Assembly: GCF_018977255.1 (NCBI RefSeq)
Contig: NW_024704742.1
Coordinates: forward strand, 88,104,001 to 88,168,000
From: Callorhinchus milii
Lineage: Eukaryota
Length of the DNA: 64,000 bases
Reading direction: 5' to 3'
The position numbers were made by a program, and so were the translations under genes. Shown here piece by piece: positions 51,085-63,162 of the stretch. Under the pieces are notes generated by a model. That model saw only the letters and a list, made by a program, of their open reading frames with translations, was not told where the DNA came from and did no database searches. Numbering within the stretch: the first letter of the stretch is position 1; the number at the start of each line of letters is the position of its first letter.

Positions 51085-53090
51085 ATTATATAGCAATGGA
51101 AATAGACATTCAGCTGAACTAGTCTATGCTTGTGATTATACTCCACACAAGCCCCACTGCTCCTATTCCTCTCCTAACCCCTCTATTCCCCTGTCCCTCA
51201 CGTATGCGTCAAGTTTTGTCTTGAAACACATTGTTGCGTTTTACCTCAACCACAGCTTCCTGCAGTGAGTTCCATATTCTCACTACCCTTTGTGTGAAAA
51301 TGTTCCTCCAACACTCCCTATTAGATTGACTACGAGCTAACTTATATTTACGCCCTTTCGACTCATCAAGAAGTGGAAACTGCCTATCAATATCCACTTT
51401 ATTGATCCCTTCAGAATTTTAAGTACTTTTATCAGGTCAACTCTCAATCGTCTCAACTCTAGAGAGAAAAAGCTGGAACTTGACCAATCTTGATAGTTTT
51501 ATCCACTCATTCCTTTTCACATCCTTGTAAACATACTCTCTCCCATGCTATATCATTCCTGTAATATCATGATCAGAATCAGTATTTCAAATGTGGTCTA
51601 ACCAAGGATTTATATAACTTTAATATTACTTCTCTACTTTGATACTCTATTCCTCTGGACATAAAGTCTAGGTCTCTATTTGCACACTTTATGCCCTAAT
51701 CCAACCACTGCTGCTACTTTTAGAGTCTTGTTAATCCAAAGTCCCCAAATCCCTTTGTTCTTCTACTCCTTTTGGTTCCATCTATGGGGGGTATAATTAG
51801 TTTCTTTTTATGAAAGAGAATCATTTAAAATCCTATGTTAAATTTCATCTGCCACCTATCCGCTCATATTTATTTATGTCTTCCAAAGCCCCACAGTCTA
51901 TGCTGACAATCCAATGCAGTGCTGAGGGTGTGCTGTATTGTCAGAAGTGCTATTCTTTGGATGAGACGTTAACCCGGAGTTCCATCAGGTGGACATTAAA
52001 GATCCTGTGGCACTATTCAAAAAGAGAATGAAATCTCTCCTGGTGTCTTGGCCAACAACCACCCCAAAAAAATTTGGCATGCACTTCATGGCTGTTTGTG
52101 GGACATTGCTGTGCACAAATTGGTTGTTAAGTTCATCTACCATCACCACACTTCATAATCAAATCCTTGTGCAGTGCTTTTTAGACACCTCAATGATATG
52201 ATAAGATACTTTATCAGATGCAGGGCTTATGATTATTTCTTGCATCTTTTCACAATCCTTTTAATTAGTCATCACAGCTCCTGGTTTGGTATCATCTGTG
52301 AATAATACGGATCCCTGTACGGATCCCTGGAGATCACTTTTTACTTGCCATCTAGCCACTTCTACTCTTTGTTTTCTGTTTTCCAACTGCCTCTCAATAC
52401 ATCCTGCTCCCTATCTCTGGACTCCAAATGCTCTGATTTTATCCATGAGTCCCTTGTGTGGCTCCTTATCAAATGCCTTCTGGAAGTCCATAAACATCAC
52501 ACCCACTACATTTTCCTTATATACTTAAAATGCTACTTCTTCAAAGAATTTGATAAGGTTGATCAAGAATGACCTTCCCTCTATGAATCCGTGTTGGTTA
52601 ATCTTAATTACTCTCTGTAATTCACTATATTACATTTGCCACCTTCCAGTTCTCAGCTAGCACCTATTGTAAAGCTGAATACTGATGCCTCAGCAATCTC
52701 CTCCCATGTTTCTTTAAGGATCCTTGGATACAGTCCAAATTGACTTTGGCACTTATCTATCTCATTTAGATCTTAGATTTGTCTAATTTATCTAGTACCT
52801 TCTTCATTCCTATCATAACTGCTGTCATTTTGTTCCCTTCACCATCCCTGCATTTTGTTTGCCAGTTTCTCGTGAAAACTGAGAAAAAGTACAGCAATTG
52901 TTTATTATTTTAGCCATCTCTTTATTATCTCCTGTAAGCTTCTCCCCTTCTCCCCACAGTGGCCCTATACCATAATTATTCTTTTATTACTAATGTGGGT
53001 ATAGAACACCTTACTAGTTGTTCATATATTTCTAGACAATTTCTGCTCGTAATTCCTCTTTGCTGTCCTAATCGTCTTTTAACCTCTTTG
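51085..53090 (-). mobile_element. Old CR1 LINE remnant with a nested Deu SINE (~51895-52235, plus strand)
   Basis: DFQKAFDK encoded on the minus strand near 52465-52490; FTQRVVRIWNSL; CR1 3' UTR. Confidence 0.8.
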
Positions 53091-53469
53091 CTAGATGCTA
53101 CATAAATTCGATTTGTTGTTGTTGCTGGTTTAAACATGGAGGTATGCTCTAAATCCTAGCATCTTTCGTAGTGCTATTCCAGACAATCATAATTATTTGT
53201 CTACAATTCCACAGTCACTACACTTTGTAGTATCTCCTGGTAAACGTTGTGAGATGTTTTGATGATGTGATCAGGTGCAACGACAACAACAACTTGCAGT
53301 TCTCCCGGACATCTCCTCCCTCCTATCTTCCCACAGTTTTTGTTCTGTAAGCCTCCTTATTGTGGGCAACTTCAACCTCCACTTTACCCCTGTCATCACA
53401 AGTACTCTTGAAATCATCTTCGCCCTGGACAGAGCAAGAATTTGTATCTGACAATAAGACAATCAATAC

Positions 53470-55440
53470 AACAAAATTACATTTACATCTCACATTGGGA
53501 GGATGTCCCAATTTGCTGGACAGTCAGTATTTCGGACCTGAGTTGGGGGTCGGGATTGGGGAGGGTTGAGGGAATGGGGGGGAAGGAGGGTGATCGAAGG
53601 CATGGTCGAATAGGAGTGTCTTGAGACTGGTCTTGAAGGAGGCAAGGGAAGGGGTGAGGCGGAGAGATTGCAGCATGGAGTTCCAGAGAGTGGGGGCAGA
53701 GTGGCTGAAGGCCCACCTGCTAATGGTGGGGCGGGCGAGGTGGAGGACGTGAAGCAGGCCGGAGTGTGCTGAGCGGAGAGAGTGGGCAGGTTGGTAGAGG
53801 GTTAGGAGGTCGCAGAGGTGGGGGGAGTAAGGCCATGGAGGGCTTTGAAGGTGAGGACCAGGATCTTGAACTGTATCCTCTGTGTGATGGGAAGCCAGTG
53901 GAGTCGGGTAAGGATGGGGATGATAGGGTCATGGTGTCTGGTGTGGGAGAGGACATGGGCTGCAGACTTCTGGATGATCTGCAGCCTATGGAGGGAGGAG
54001 TTGGGGAGGCTGACAAGCAGGGAGTTTGCATAGACAAGTCTGGATATTATGAATGTGTGTGCGGAGGTCTCAACGGCCTGCGGCGTGAAACAGTGGTGGA
54101 GCCGGGCGATGTTGCGGAGGTGGGGTAAGGCAGAGCGGGTCATGGCATGAATGTGGGGTAGAAAGGATAGTAGAGGGTCAAGCAAGACGCCAAGGTTCCG
54201 GACTGGCTTAGCAAGGTGGTGCCAATCAGGAGAGCCTCGGTTTTGTTGACGTTCAACTGAAGAAAGTTAGCTCTCATCCAGGACTTGATGTCTGGCAGAC
54301 ATTCAGTCAGGACAGCAGTGGTTCTGGAGTCAAGGGTGGAGGCGGAGAGGTAGAGTTGGGTGTCATCTGCATACATGTAGAAGTTGACCCCATATCTGCG
54401 GACGATGTCACCAAGAGGGAGCATCTAGGTATTGAAGAGGAGGGGACCAAGGACAGAGCCCTGAGGAATGCTGTACGAGATGGTGCGGGGGCTAGAGGAG
54501 GAATCATTTGTGGAGATGAAGTGGAGATGATGTGAGAGGTAGGATCTGAACCAGTCAAGGACAAAACCCTGAAGGTTGAGGTGAGAGGAGAGGTGGTGGA
54601 GGATAGAGGCTTGGTCGCAGATGGACAAATGTCATTTATTGCTTTGATCGAAGCTATTTCTGTGCTGTGGGCAACATGGAAAACCCAATTGGAGGGGTTC
54701 GTGAAGGGAATAGTGGGAGAGGAAGGAACGAAGCTTGGAAGCAACGACTCGTTTCAGGACTTTGGAAAGGAAAAGGAGGTTGGAGATGGGGTGGTAATTT
54801 GAGAGCAGGGATGGATCCAGGGAGGTCTTTTTAAGGATAGAAGTGATGACGGCTGTTTTTATTGGGGTGGGATCGGTGCTAGTAGACAAGGAGAGGTTTA
54901 TGATGTCTATGTTTAGAGGGGCAAGGAGGTGGAGCTGGGAGATAAGGAGAGGAGTAGGAATGGGGTTGAGGGAACAGGTGGTCGGTTTCATGTGGGTTAT
55001 AGTGGTGGTGAGAGGAGGGGGAGACAGGTTCGAAGGTGTGGAAGGAGGAATAGGTAGGGGCCGGGTTGGGAGTGGGAGATGGGGAGGGGGGAGAAGACAG
55101 AAGAGCACAGGCAGCTGAGCAGATCCCCTCACATTTGGTTTTGAGGAAGTCCAGCATCACCTCACAGTTGGTGTTGGAGGAACAGGTGAGTGAGGCGTGA
55201 TAGGGTGGGCGGCGGAGCTGATTAGGAAGGAGAAGATAAGCCTGGGATTGTCCTTGGTCTCCAAGATTTCTTGGAGTAGAAGGACGATTTAGCGAGGGCG
55301 AGGGCAGAGTGGTAAGTTTTTATAAGATCCAGATAGTCTGCTGATGGACCATACATTAGATTTACGCCACGTGCATTGAGCGGCACCCACCTGTGCCTTG
55401 AGGGAGTGGAGATGGCTGAAAATAGAGGAAACAAATGAAG
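53470..55440 (-). mobile_element. L2 LINE ~2-kb fragment, frameshifted
   Basis: NYHPISNLLFLSKVLKRVV, SIPQGSVLGPLLF, MYADDTQLY, LHWLPITQRIQFK. Confidence 0.93.
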
Positions 55441-55953
55441 ATTCATCTTGGAATAATGAGGAAGGGAATTGGGAGGAACAACGTGGCATGTGATGTGGTA
55501 TCACATCTGCCTGTTCAGGCAGGAGTTAAAGATCCTATGGTACTATTCGGAAAGAGAAGGGAGTTTCTCCCAGTTTTCTGTTCAATAAATCCCCCAAATA
55601 AAATCAGTCTTCATGGCTGTTTGCGGGACATTGAAGATGGGGTGGTAATTTGAGAGCAGGGATGGGTCCAGAGAGGGTTTTTTAAGTTAGAGTGATGATG
55701 GGTGCTTTTAAAGGGGTGGGAGTCCTGCAGCTCAGTGGTTAGAGCACTCAACTCACAAGCGAGAGTCATTGGTTCAATTCCCGGCAGGGTGAAACCTTGG
55801 GCAAGTTTCCTTACTCCACACGCCTGATAATAATCCCTCAAGAAAAAAAAACAATAAAATTGGTCACTTCAATCCACGACTGTTTGTGGGACACTGCTGT
55901 GCGCAATTGGCTGCCGCGCTTCGCCCAGAAATATAGTCAATTCACTTTACAGT

Positions 55954-56165
55954 ATCAGAAGTCACTGGGAACACTCACAGGTCAGGCAGCATCTACGGAG
56001 AAAGGAAAGTGAGTCAACGTTTCGGATCAACGACCCTTTGTCAGAACTGACCCGAAACGATGACTCGCTTTCCTTTCTCCATAGATGCTGCCTGACCTTT
56101 GAGTGTTCCCAGCCACTTCTGTTTTTGTTTTCAGATTTCCGGCGTCTGCAGTGTTTTGTGTTTTG
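55954..56165. mobile_element. Palindromic Penelope-like non-autonomous element with 13-bp TSD
   Basis: 74-bp inverted arms (55956-56029 / 56048-56121); TSD TTCACTTTACAGT (55941-55953) / TTCACGTTACAGT (56166-56178). The Penelope assignment is from recall of similar shark repeats. Confidence 0.75.
56012..56048 (-). ncRNA. Degenerate minimal type I hammerhead ribozyme motif
   Basis: Minus strand AGTT-CTGACAA-A-GGGTC-GTT-GATCC-GAAA-CG-TT-GACT: stems I and II can pair; core CUGANGA carries G8->A. Confidence 0.55.
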
Positions 56166-56269
56166 TTCACGTTACAGTCTATTCTATGAAGCGCTTTGAG
56201 GCGACTCTGGATGACGCGAAAAGCGCGATATCCAATGCAAGGATTATTATTATTATTGTTCTGTGGACA

Positions 56270-57060
56270 TTGGGGCCGTCGCGCTCACCCGCAAACACAC
56301 CACCGTCCACGCACTTCGCAGCGAAATCCCGCGAAGCTCTTTTAAGACGCGTCGAAGGCGCTGCGTGAAACGCAAGTTATCATTACAAATGGATCGGGAG
56401 TCATTCACACGACGGTAATGGTTAACGGTGAATTATTGATAATAATAATAATAATAATCCTTGCATTTGATATAGCGCTTTTCACGTCAGGAGGACGTCC
56501 CAAAGCGCTTCACAGAACACACTGTAAAGTGAATTAACTGTATATTTGTAGGCGAACGCGGCAGCCAATTGCGCACAGCAATGTCCCACAAACAGTCATG
56601 GATTGAAAATGACCAATTTATTATTGTTTTTGGTTTTGGAGGGATTATTATTTGGAATAATGTCGGAAGATTAGAATGATCATAAATATGATGAGATTGT
56701 TATTCTTCCATCACAATGCAAAGCCTCAGGAGCAATCTGCAGGATCCAGCTATGCTCCTCCAGGCCAGTGGGGGGCGCTGCTTGTGCCCTGGAGCTCTCC
56801 AGGTCCCTCTCTGGTTCTCTCTCTCTCTCTCTGGTGCTCTGTGTCTTTGTCGCTCCCAGTCCTTGAGGCGGGATTTCCGCCGCGAGCAGCAAGTTTGGTA
56901 GAGAGGTAGAGAAAGAAGTGCCAGTTGCAGCCCCTCCACCACTGCCACTCGGAGTATACCTCCGCTCCGGCGAAGCGGCAACCGCCCACTTACTGACTGT
57001 AGTGAAAAGCTCCACACGCGCGCGCCTTAAAGTAATCCGTCGCAGACTTCACGTGTCTGT
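56270..57060. promoter_or_regulatory. CpG-rich upstream element with a CTCF-like site (56763-56780)
   Basis: Dense CpG in a CpG-poor background; CCAGTGGGGGGCGC (1 mismatch to the CTCF consensus); E2F-like GGCGGGA; CACGTG at 57050-57055. Confidence 0.6.
56440..56651 (-). mobile_element. 5'-truncated young SINE
   Basis: Matches the 29141 copy. Confidence 0.9.
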
Positions 57061-57377
57061 TTGAAAGTTGTTTCTTTTTTTTCCCCAAAAAAAATCATCA
57101 CCTTAATAATAAATAATACTGTTCCATCTCTCGCTGTTGCGCTGATTATCCTGCAATCCTTTTCTGGCCTCTGTGTTTCCAACTGCATTTATTTCCTGAT
57201 TTCTGTCTAAACTTTCAATGAAATGTTCTTTTCTACACACTATATAAAAGTATATATTATGTATACCTCTGCTGCACAAAACATGCGCATATTGTCTGCA
57301 ATAAATATGTATGAATATATGTACACCTCTGTCGCATAAATGTATAGTACTGTATACATACACTCTGTTGCACATAA

Positions 57378-57712
57378 TATAATAATAATAATAATCCTTG
57401 CATTTGATATAGCGGCTTATCACGTCATTGAGGCATCTCAAAGCGCTTTGCAGAATATTTTGTAAAGTGGATTCACTGTGTATTTGTGGGTGAAACCCGG
57501 CAGCCAATTGCGAAAAGCTGTGTCCCACAAACAGTCATGGATTGAGTGACCAATTTTTTTACGCCAATCAACTAACAACTGAGTTCCTACGTACTGCGGG
57601 GTAAACAGAGGGGTGTGGAGTAAGGAAACGTGCCTAAGGTTTCACCCTGCCCATGAAGCAAACCCAGATCGCTCGCTTGTGAGGCGAGTGCACTAACCAT
57701 TACACTATGGGA
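57378..57712 (-). mobile_element. tRNA-derived SINE, long subtype
   Basis: Similarity to the family. Confidence 0.88.
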
Positions 57713-57854
57713 GCAATGCATACGATTATATATACATTTCTGCTGCATAAATATGATAAATATGCTGTTGCGTAGATATGACTAATATACACAAGTAAAT
57801 ATGTTGCATGTATGTATCATATGCATCTCATATATATATACATACACATAGCTC

Positions 57855-58036
57855 TGCATTTGATATAGCGCCGCATATCTTCGTTGAGACGTCTCAAAGT
57901 GCTTCACAGAATATACTGTAAAGTTTATTTTTTATTTTAAATAAGTTTATTTTAAAGACTGTATATTTTGTGGGCGAAATGCGGCAGCCAATTGAGCACA
58001 GCAGTGTCCCACAAACAGTCGTGGATTGAGTGACCA
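57855..58036 (-). mobile_element. SINE 3' half
   Basis: Similarity to the family. Confidence 0.85.
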
Positions 58037-59117
58037 CATTATTAAAATAATAAGTAAAATAATCTTCAAAGCTAATGGAGGCTTTTGTTAATACCAAGGG
58101 TTGAGAGATGCTCTGTTTCTTAATGGATTCAAGGATAATTAACACTTTGAATCTGCAAGATAATGTCATATATTTCAACTGCCAAATGGTGGAATAGGTT
58201 CAAAACCAATTGTTAGTTGCACTTTTATTTCCCTCTTCAATCTTTGCTCTTTCCCAAATGACTACCTCGGTTTGGAAAGCTGGGAGGATCAATTGCTCAA
58301 TTTATTTATGCTTTTATTTATTATTTATTTTATTTATTACTTTTTATCAATTTTTGTATGCTGCTCCAAAATATATATTATTAAAATATGTATTGTTTTT
58401 TCTCTTGTGGAAAGAGATGCGCAGAGCAAAGCGTTAAAAGGAGATGTGTGTGTTGAAGTTAGTTGGTAAAAAGTTGTGCAGGCTATGTTGGCAGTAGTAC
58501 CCTATGTGTGTAATGGTGCCAAATTGGGGCGGGTTTTCTGCCCAATTTGGCGTGTATTTTTTTTTCTGTACTGTGTGTGAAAAAAATGTTTTTGAGCAGG
58601 TGCCCAGTTTTTAAATTGTTAATTCAAACCTGCAAGACATTGTTTTCCTTCAGTTTCAAAAGCATTAGACATAAATTGGCGATTCTGCTGCGAACCATAG
58701 GAGACAACACATAATATTGGGCTACTTTGGGACCAGTGTTTGGTAGACTTTGGGCTACAGGTGTGGGGGAGCTTGTGTGCGAACCGCTGCTGCCTCTGTT
58801 CCTCACTGCGAGCGGCTGACACGTTCCCTGGAGCCGGGAAGAAAGGAAAGAAAAGGAAAAGAAAAGCTGGTTGATGTTTGCAGCTAACATCAACAACAGC
58901 CACACACAAAAAAAAACGCTGCATTTTTAGGCGAGAATGGAGAGGAGGGAAGAATAAATTTGGCTTGATTTGCCGCCCAGGGCAGGGCAGAGAGCGCGCT
59001 GACACCCTGTCCCAGACCCTCAATCTGCTGTTTGCAGCAAATGCTGTGCTCTGCTCTGTGCAATCCATTCACTACAACCAGTGCCAACTCCGGCTTCAAC
59101 CTCAGCTACTGCATTAC

Positions 59118-59491
59118 AATAATAATAATAATAATCCTTGCTTTTCATATTGTGCCTTACCATGTTTTCAAAAGATCTCCGAGCACTTCACAGAATATAC
59201 TGTAAAGTGACTTGACTATATATTGTGGGTGAAACGCTGAAGCCAATTGCACACAGCAGTGTCCGACAAACAGTCGTGGATTGAGTGACCAAATTATTAG
59301 TTATTTTAAAAACATTTTTGGAAGGGATTATTACTCCCGGGAAAGCGATCCGCCAGTCGACTAACAACCAGGTTCCTACTTTCTGCTAGGTGAACAGGCA
59401 TGTGGGTTTAGGAAACTTGCCCAATGTTTCGTCCTGCCCAGGAATTGAACCCAGGTCCTCTCGCCTGCGGGGCAAGTGTTTTAACCACTAA
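59118..59491 (-). mobile_element. tRNA-derived SINE, long subtype
   Basis: Similarity to the family. Confidence 0.88.
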
Positions 59492-61064
59492 GTGTCATAT
59501 ACATATGATACTTAGAGAACGATATATATACATAGTATATATAAAAAAGTATTAGAGAAGCTTGTTGGATTAATGGCTGTATTTCTCTGATGAGTGTATT
59601 TGTTTCAGAATTTTATTGTTCTTGCTCAGTTTGCTGTTAAGACCGGGCGAATTTGATCAGGGACACAATATTTCATCCAGTAACTGAACCCGAAAATCTG
59701 GCACATCTGGTCACTCTATTATAGGTGCAACTATTCTCAGTTAAAGTAAAAACAACTAGTTGAAATTTGCTATTTAATTAATCGTAAAAAACATTTTCTT
59801 TTAACATTTAATATACCATTGAAAGCAAGATTTTTAAAAAATATAAATATCTTAAAATGTGTTTGCCTATATACACCTTCACTATGCTTCACTGTACCTA
59901 CGAAGCACTTTGAGGTATCACAATAACGTTATATCAAATGCTGGGTTTATTATTAATAATAAATAAAAGAGACCAAACCGACATTAACAAACATGCCACG
60001 TCTGCAGTAACAACAACAGCAATGACTTGCATTTAGTTTGTTCACTTCACATAGGATAGAACAGACATCAGTCTCGCCAGTAATGACTTGCGAGGCACTT
60101 TGAGAAGTTTTAAGGTGTTATTAAAAGTCTTCTTTGCAACTGTAATCAAAATTTTACTGCCAACCCACCCCAAACTTAAAATGTCTCTAATTCAGTCAGA
60201 TTCTTTAATATATAGCCCTGCCTTCCAGTTTTTCCCTTTCCATAACATGCCTTTCTTTAAATGTTGCTTTACTCAAGCTGTCATTTGAAGGGATGAGGAA
60301 AGAAGCTACAAATTAAAATTTACACGTATATAGCATATTGGGAGGATGTTCCAAGGTGCTTGACATTGCTGGCTGTACACCCAAGCTGGGGTGGGAGCAG
60401 AGGGGGTGGGAGAGGAAGGATGATCGAAGGCCCAGTCAAAAAGGTAGGTATTGAGATGGCCTTAAATGAGATGAGGGAAGGAAGCGATGCAAAGATGCAA
60501 GTGAAAAGAGTTCTAGTTTTGGATTGACTCTGAATGGTGTCACAGGTGAGATGGATCCAGACCTCATTGAACATCCATTTACCATCAAAACAGGAGAAAC
60601 CCACCTGACATTCCTTTATCAGATTTTCTTGCTGTGAGTCCAGGCTTGCTGATGAGTGACCACATGTAAGTACCCTCACTGCCTCCTGGTTCAGATCAGC
60701 TGAATCAACCTCTGAACCTGGGTCTTGTAGTCCTGTATGTAGTGCAGCCCATAGCACTGCATAGCACCATCAGTAGAGCTATGTTTTCTATCTTAAAAAA
60801 TATTTGCTCTCAAGCAAATGTATCGCAGACACCACAAATTACACAATGTAAAAGGTGGTGTTAGCATTGAAATCATATAAATTTCTCAAATCGTCAGAAC
60901 AATAGATTGCATTTATACTGCACACTTCCCCCAGGATAGCACTACTTCCGAACATTTTTGTTGGTGAGGAAGGAGGAGAGTGTTGAAATTTTACTCTATA
61001 ATCTTACTGAAGTTTAATTCTGATACACACAACCTTGGAAACCCACTTAACAAGTCATATTCTG

Positions 61065-61270
61065 TGATAACTTAGCTGATCTCAGCTAGGGCAGCAATTG
61101 GCCTCAGTACCTCTGGGTTAGGAAGGAGAAAATCCGTCAAGATTCCTGCTCATGATCACAATTCAGGGACCTCCTATAAAAAGTGTACTCTTGTAGACAT
61201 TGGGTGAGGGCAGGATTAGGCTCAGATATGATGCACCTATAGTGCCATAGTCTGCCACTACTCACCACCA
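61065..61270 (+). mobile_element. Ancient SINE-like repeat (related pieces near 26690-26920 and 33780-34080)
   Basis: ttagctgatctcagc...aattggcctcagt...ttcctgctc...gggtgagggcaggatt, recalled as a common old chondrichthyan repeat; partly shared within the window. Confidence 0.5.
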
Positions 61271-61768
61271 AGAACCACACATAAAGTGAGGGACCACATA
61301 TGCAACTGTACCTCAGTCGAAGGAAAAGAGAAGCCGAAAGTTAAAAAGAAGACAGAAGAAGATTGGAGGAAAGAATAAAAATAAAACTGCTTAGACCACG
61401 AAGTTACAGGTATTTGTATTGGAAAGATTGTGCTATACTCCAAAATCCCAAGTCAGACCATCTATTTGCAGATAATAAAACATTGCTGTGCACATCTATA
61501 TCATTAATATAAATAAAACTAGTTGATAAGTATCATTTGTACCTTGAGCTCATATAGCATTGTCAGAGATGCTATCCTTCAGATGAGACATCAATTCGAG
61601 GTCCTGTCTTTGCCTCTTCAGGTGGATGTTTAGAATCCAATGGCACTATTGGAAAAGAGAAAGGAGTTTCTCCCAATGTCCTGGCCAACAATCCCCCAAA
61701 TAATATTGGTCACTCACTTCACGGCCGTTTGGCTGCCAGGTTCCCAAGGGAGTCAGGGCTTTGGACCC

Positions 61769-61941
61769 AACAACAACAAGATTCCATTTATAGAGCGCCT
61801 TTCACGTCGGGAGGACGTCCCAAGGCGCTGTACAGTTGGGTCAGGAACCGAGCAGGGGGGAAATGGTCAGGGTGAGGGGAGGGAAGGGAGGGAGCGAGGA
61901 GGGGGTAGAGAATCGAGAGGGGAGCTGAAGGCACGGTCAAA
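61769..61941 (-). mobile_element. Short young L2 3' tail fragment
   Basis: Near-identical to 15706-15878. Confidence 0.88.
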
Positions 61942-63162
61942 GGCAACTGTAGCAGGGAATCTGTGCCAACAACATCTCATAAACAACAGTGAGATAAGCA
62001 GCCAATTCATTTGAAAATTTGGGAGTACATTTGGATTAGGAGAGGAATATAAGTCAGGATAACCAAGGCACGGCCCAAGGGTGTGGGGGGGGGGGGGGGG
62101 GGGGGCGTGTGGGCGGTGGATGTTGGGAAGGGTAGTCAATTAAGCTGAATGGTCTGCTCTTGTTCCAGTTTACCAATGAAAGGTAGATTCATTCTGCAAA
62201 CTTCTGAACCAGTTTCAGCTATACCATGGGTAAGATCTGCTGCCACCTATGGATGAAACAAAGAATGAAGAAAGGAATTTCAGAAGTCATTAAAGAAGAA
62301 AGAAGAAACAATAAAGAAAATAAAAATGTTAATAGCAGGGAAAATATTAAACTAACCATGCCCTCGCTGCTTGTCAGTAACCCCTTCTTAAAATCTATAT
62401 TAATTCTTTTGATGTTTTATTAAAACTCTGCTTCAGATTGTGAAGTCAATTTCAATGGAATTGATTGATATTTAAATGTAACTGTGGTGTTTAATTTTCT
62501 AAATTATACCATTAAGTACCAACTGAGTTTTTATGAAGATGTCTTAAGGTGTGTCTATCTCCGACAATGTATTTGTTCTGACTTCACCCATTATAGTTGC
62601 TGAAATGCTCCACACAAATCTATTATAATAATAACTTACATTTATATGGTGGCTTTCATATATAAACATAGGTCTTGTTTCAAAATGATTTATAAAATAA
62701 TAATCCGTGTATTTCGTATAGCACCTCATATAGCATCTTATCACGTCTTTGAGAGTTTCAAAGTGCTTCACAGAATATACTGTAGTGAATTAATAATGTA
62801 TTTTATGGGCGAAATGCAGGAGCCAATTATCCACAGCAGTGTTCCACAAAAAACAATCATGGATTGATTGACCAAATTTTTTTTTAAGGGAATATGACCC
62901 CCAGAAAGTGATCCGCCAATCGACTATAACTGGGTTCCTACTTACTGCTAGGTAAACAGAAGCGTTTGGAGCAAGGAAAGTTGCCTAAGGTTTCACCTTG
63001 CCCAGAAACAATTGAAAATGAAGTGAATGTTATACTGGCAACTGTAGCAGGGAATCTGTGCCAGCAACATCTCATAAACAACAGTGAGATAAGCAGCCAA
63101 TTCATTTGAAAATTTGGGAGTACATTTGGATTAGGAGAGGAATATAAGTCAGGATAACCAAG
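61942..63162 (+). repeat. 126-bp direct duplication (61942-62067 and 63037-63162)
   Basis: One mismatch seen between the copies (gccaacaac / gccagcaac). Confidence 0.93.
62698..63004 (-). mobile_element. tRNA-derived SINE, long subtype, head truncated
   Basis: Similarity to the family. Confidence 0.85.

Larger units (their letters stand above)
55717..56238 (+). mobile_element. tRNA-derived SINE, short subtype, split by a palindromic insertion
   Basis: Head at 55717; the body resumes at 56166 after the insert. Confidence 0.9.

Noticed and set aside
53470..55440. Intact or domesticated reverse transcriptase gene
   Set aside because: Multiple frameshifts, stops and deletions; same for the other L2 and CR1 ORFs.
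56680..57017. 105-111 aa ORFs in the CpG-rich element
   Set aside because: No recognisable protein; open frames are expected in GC-rich DNA with a (CT)n tract.
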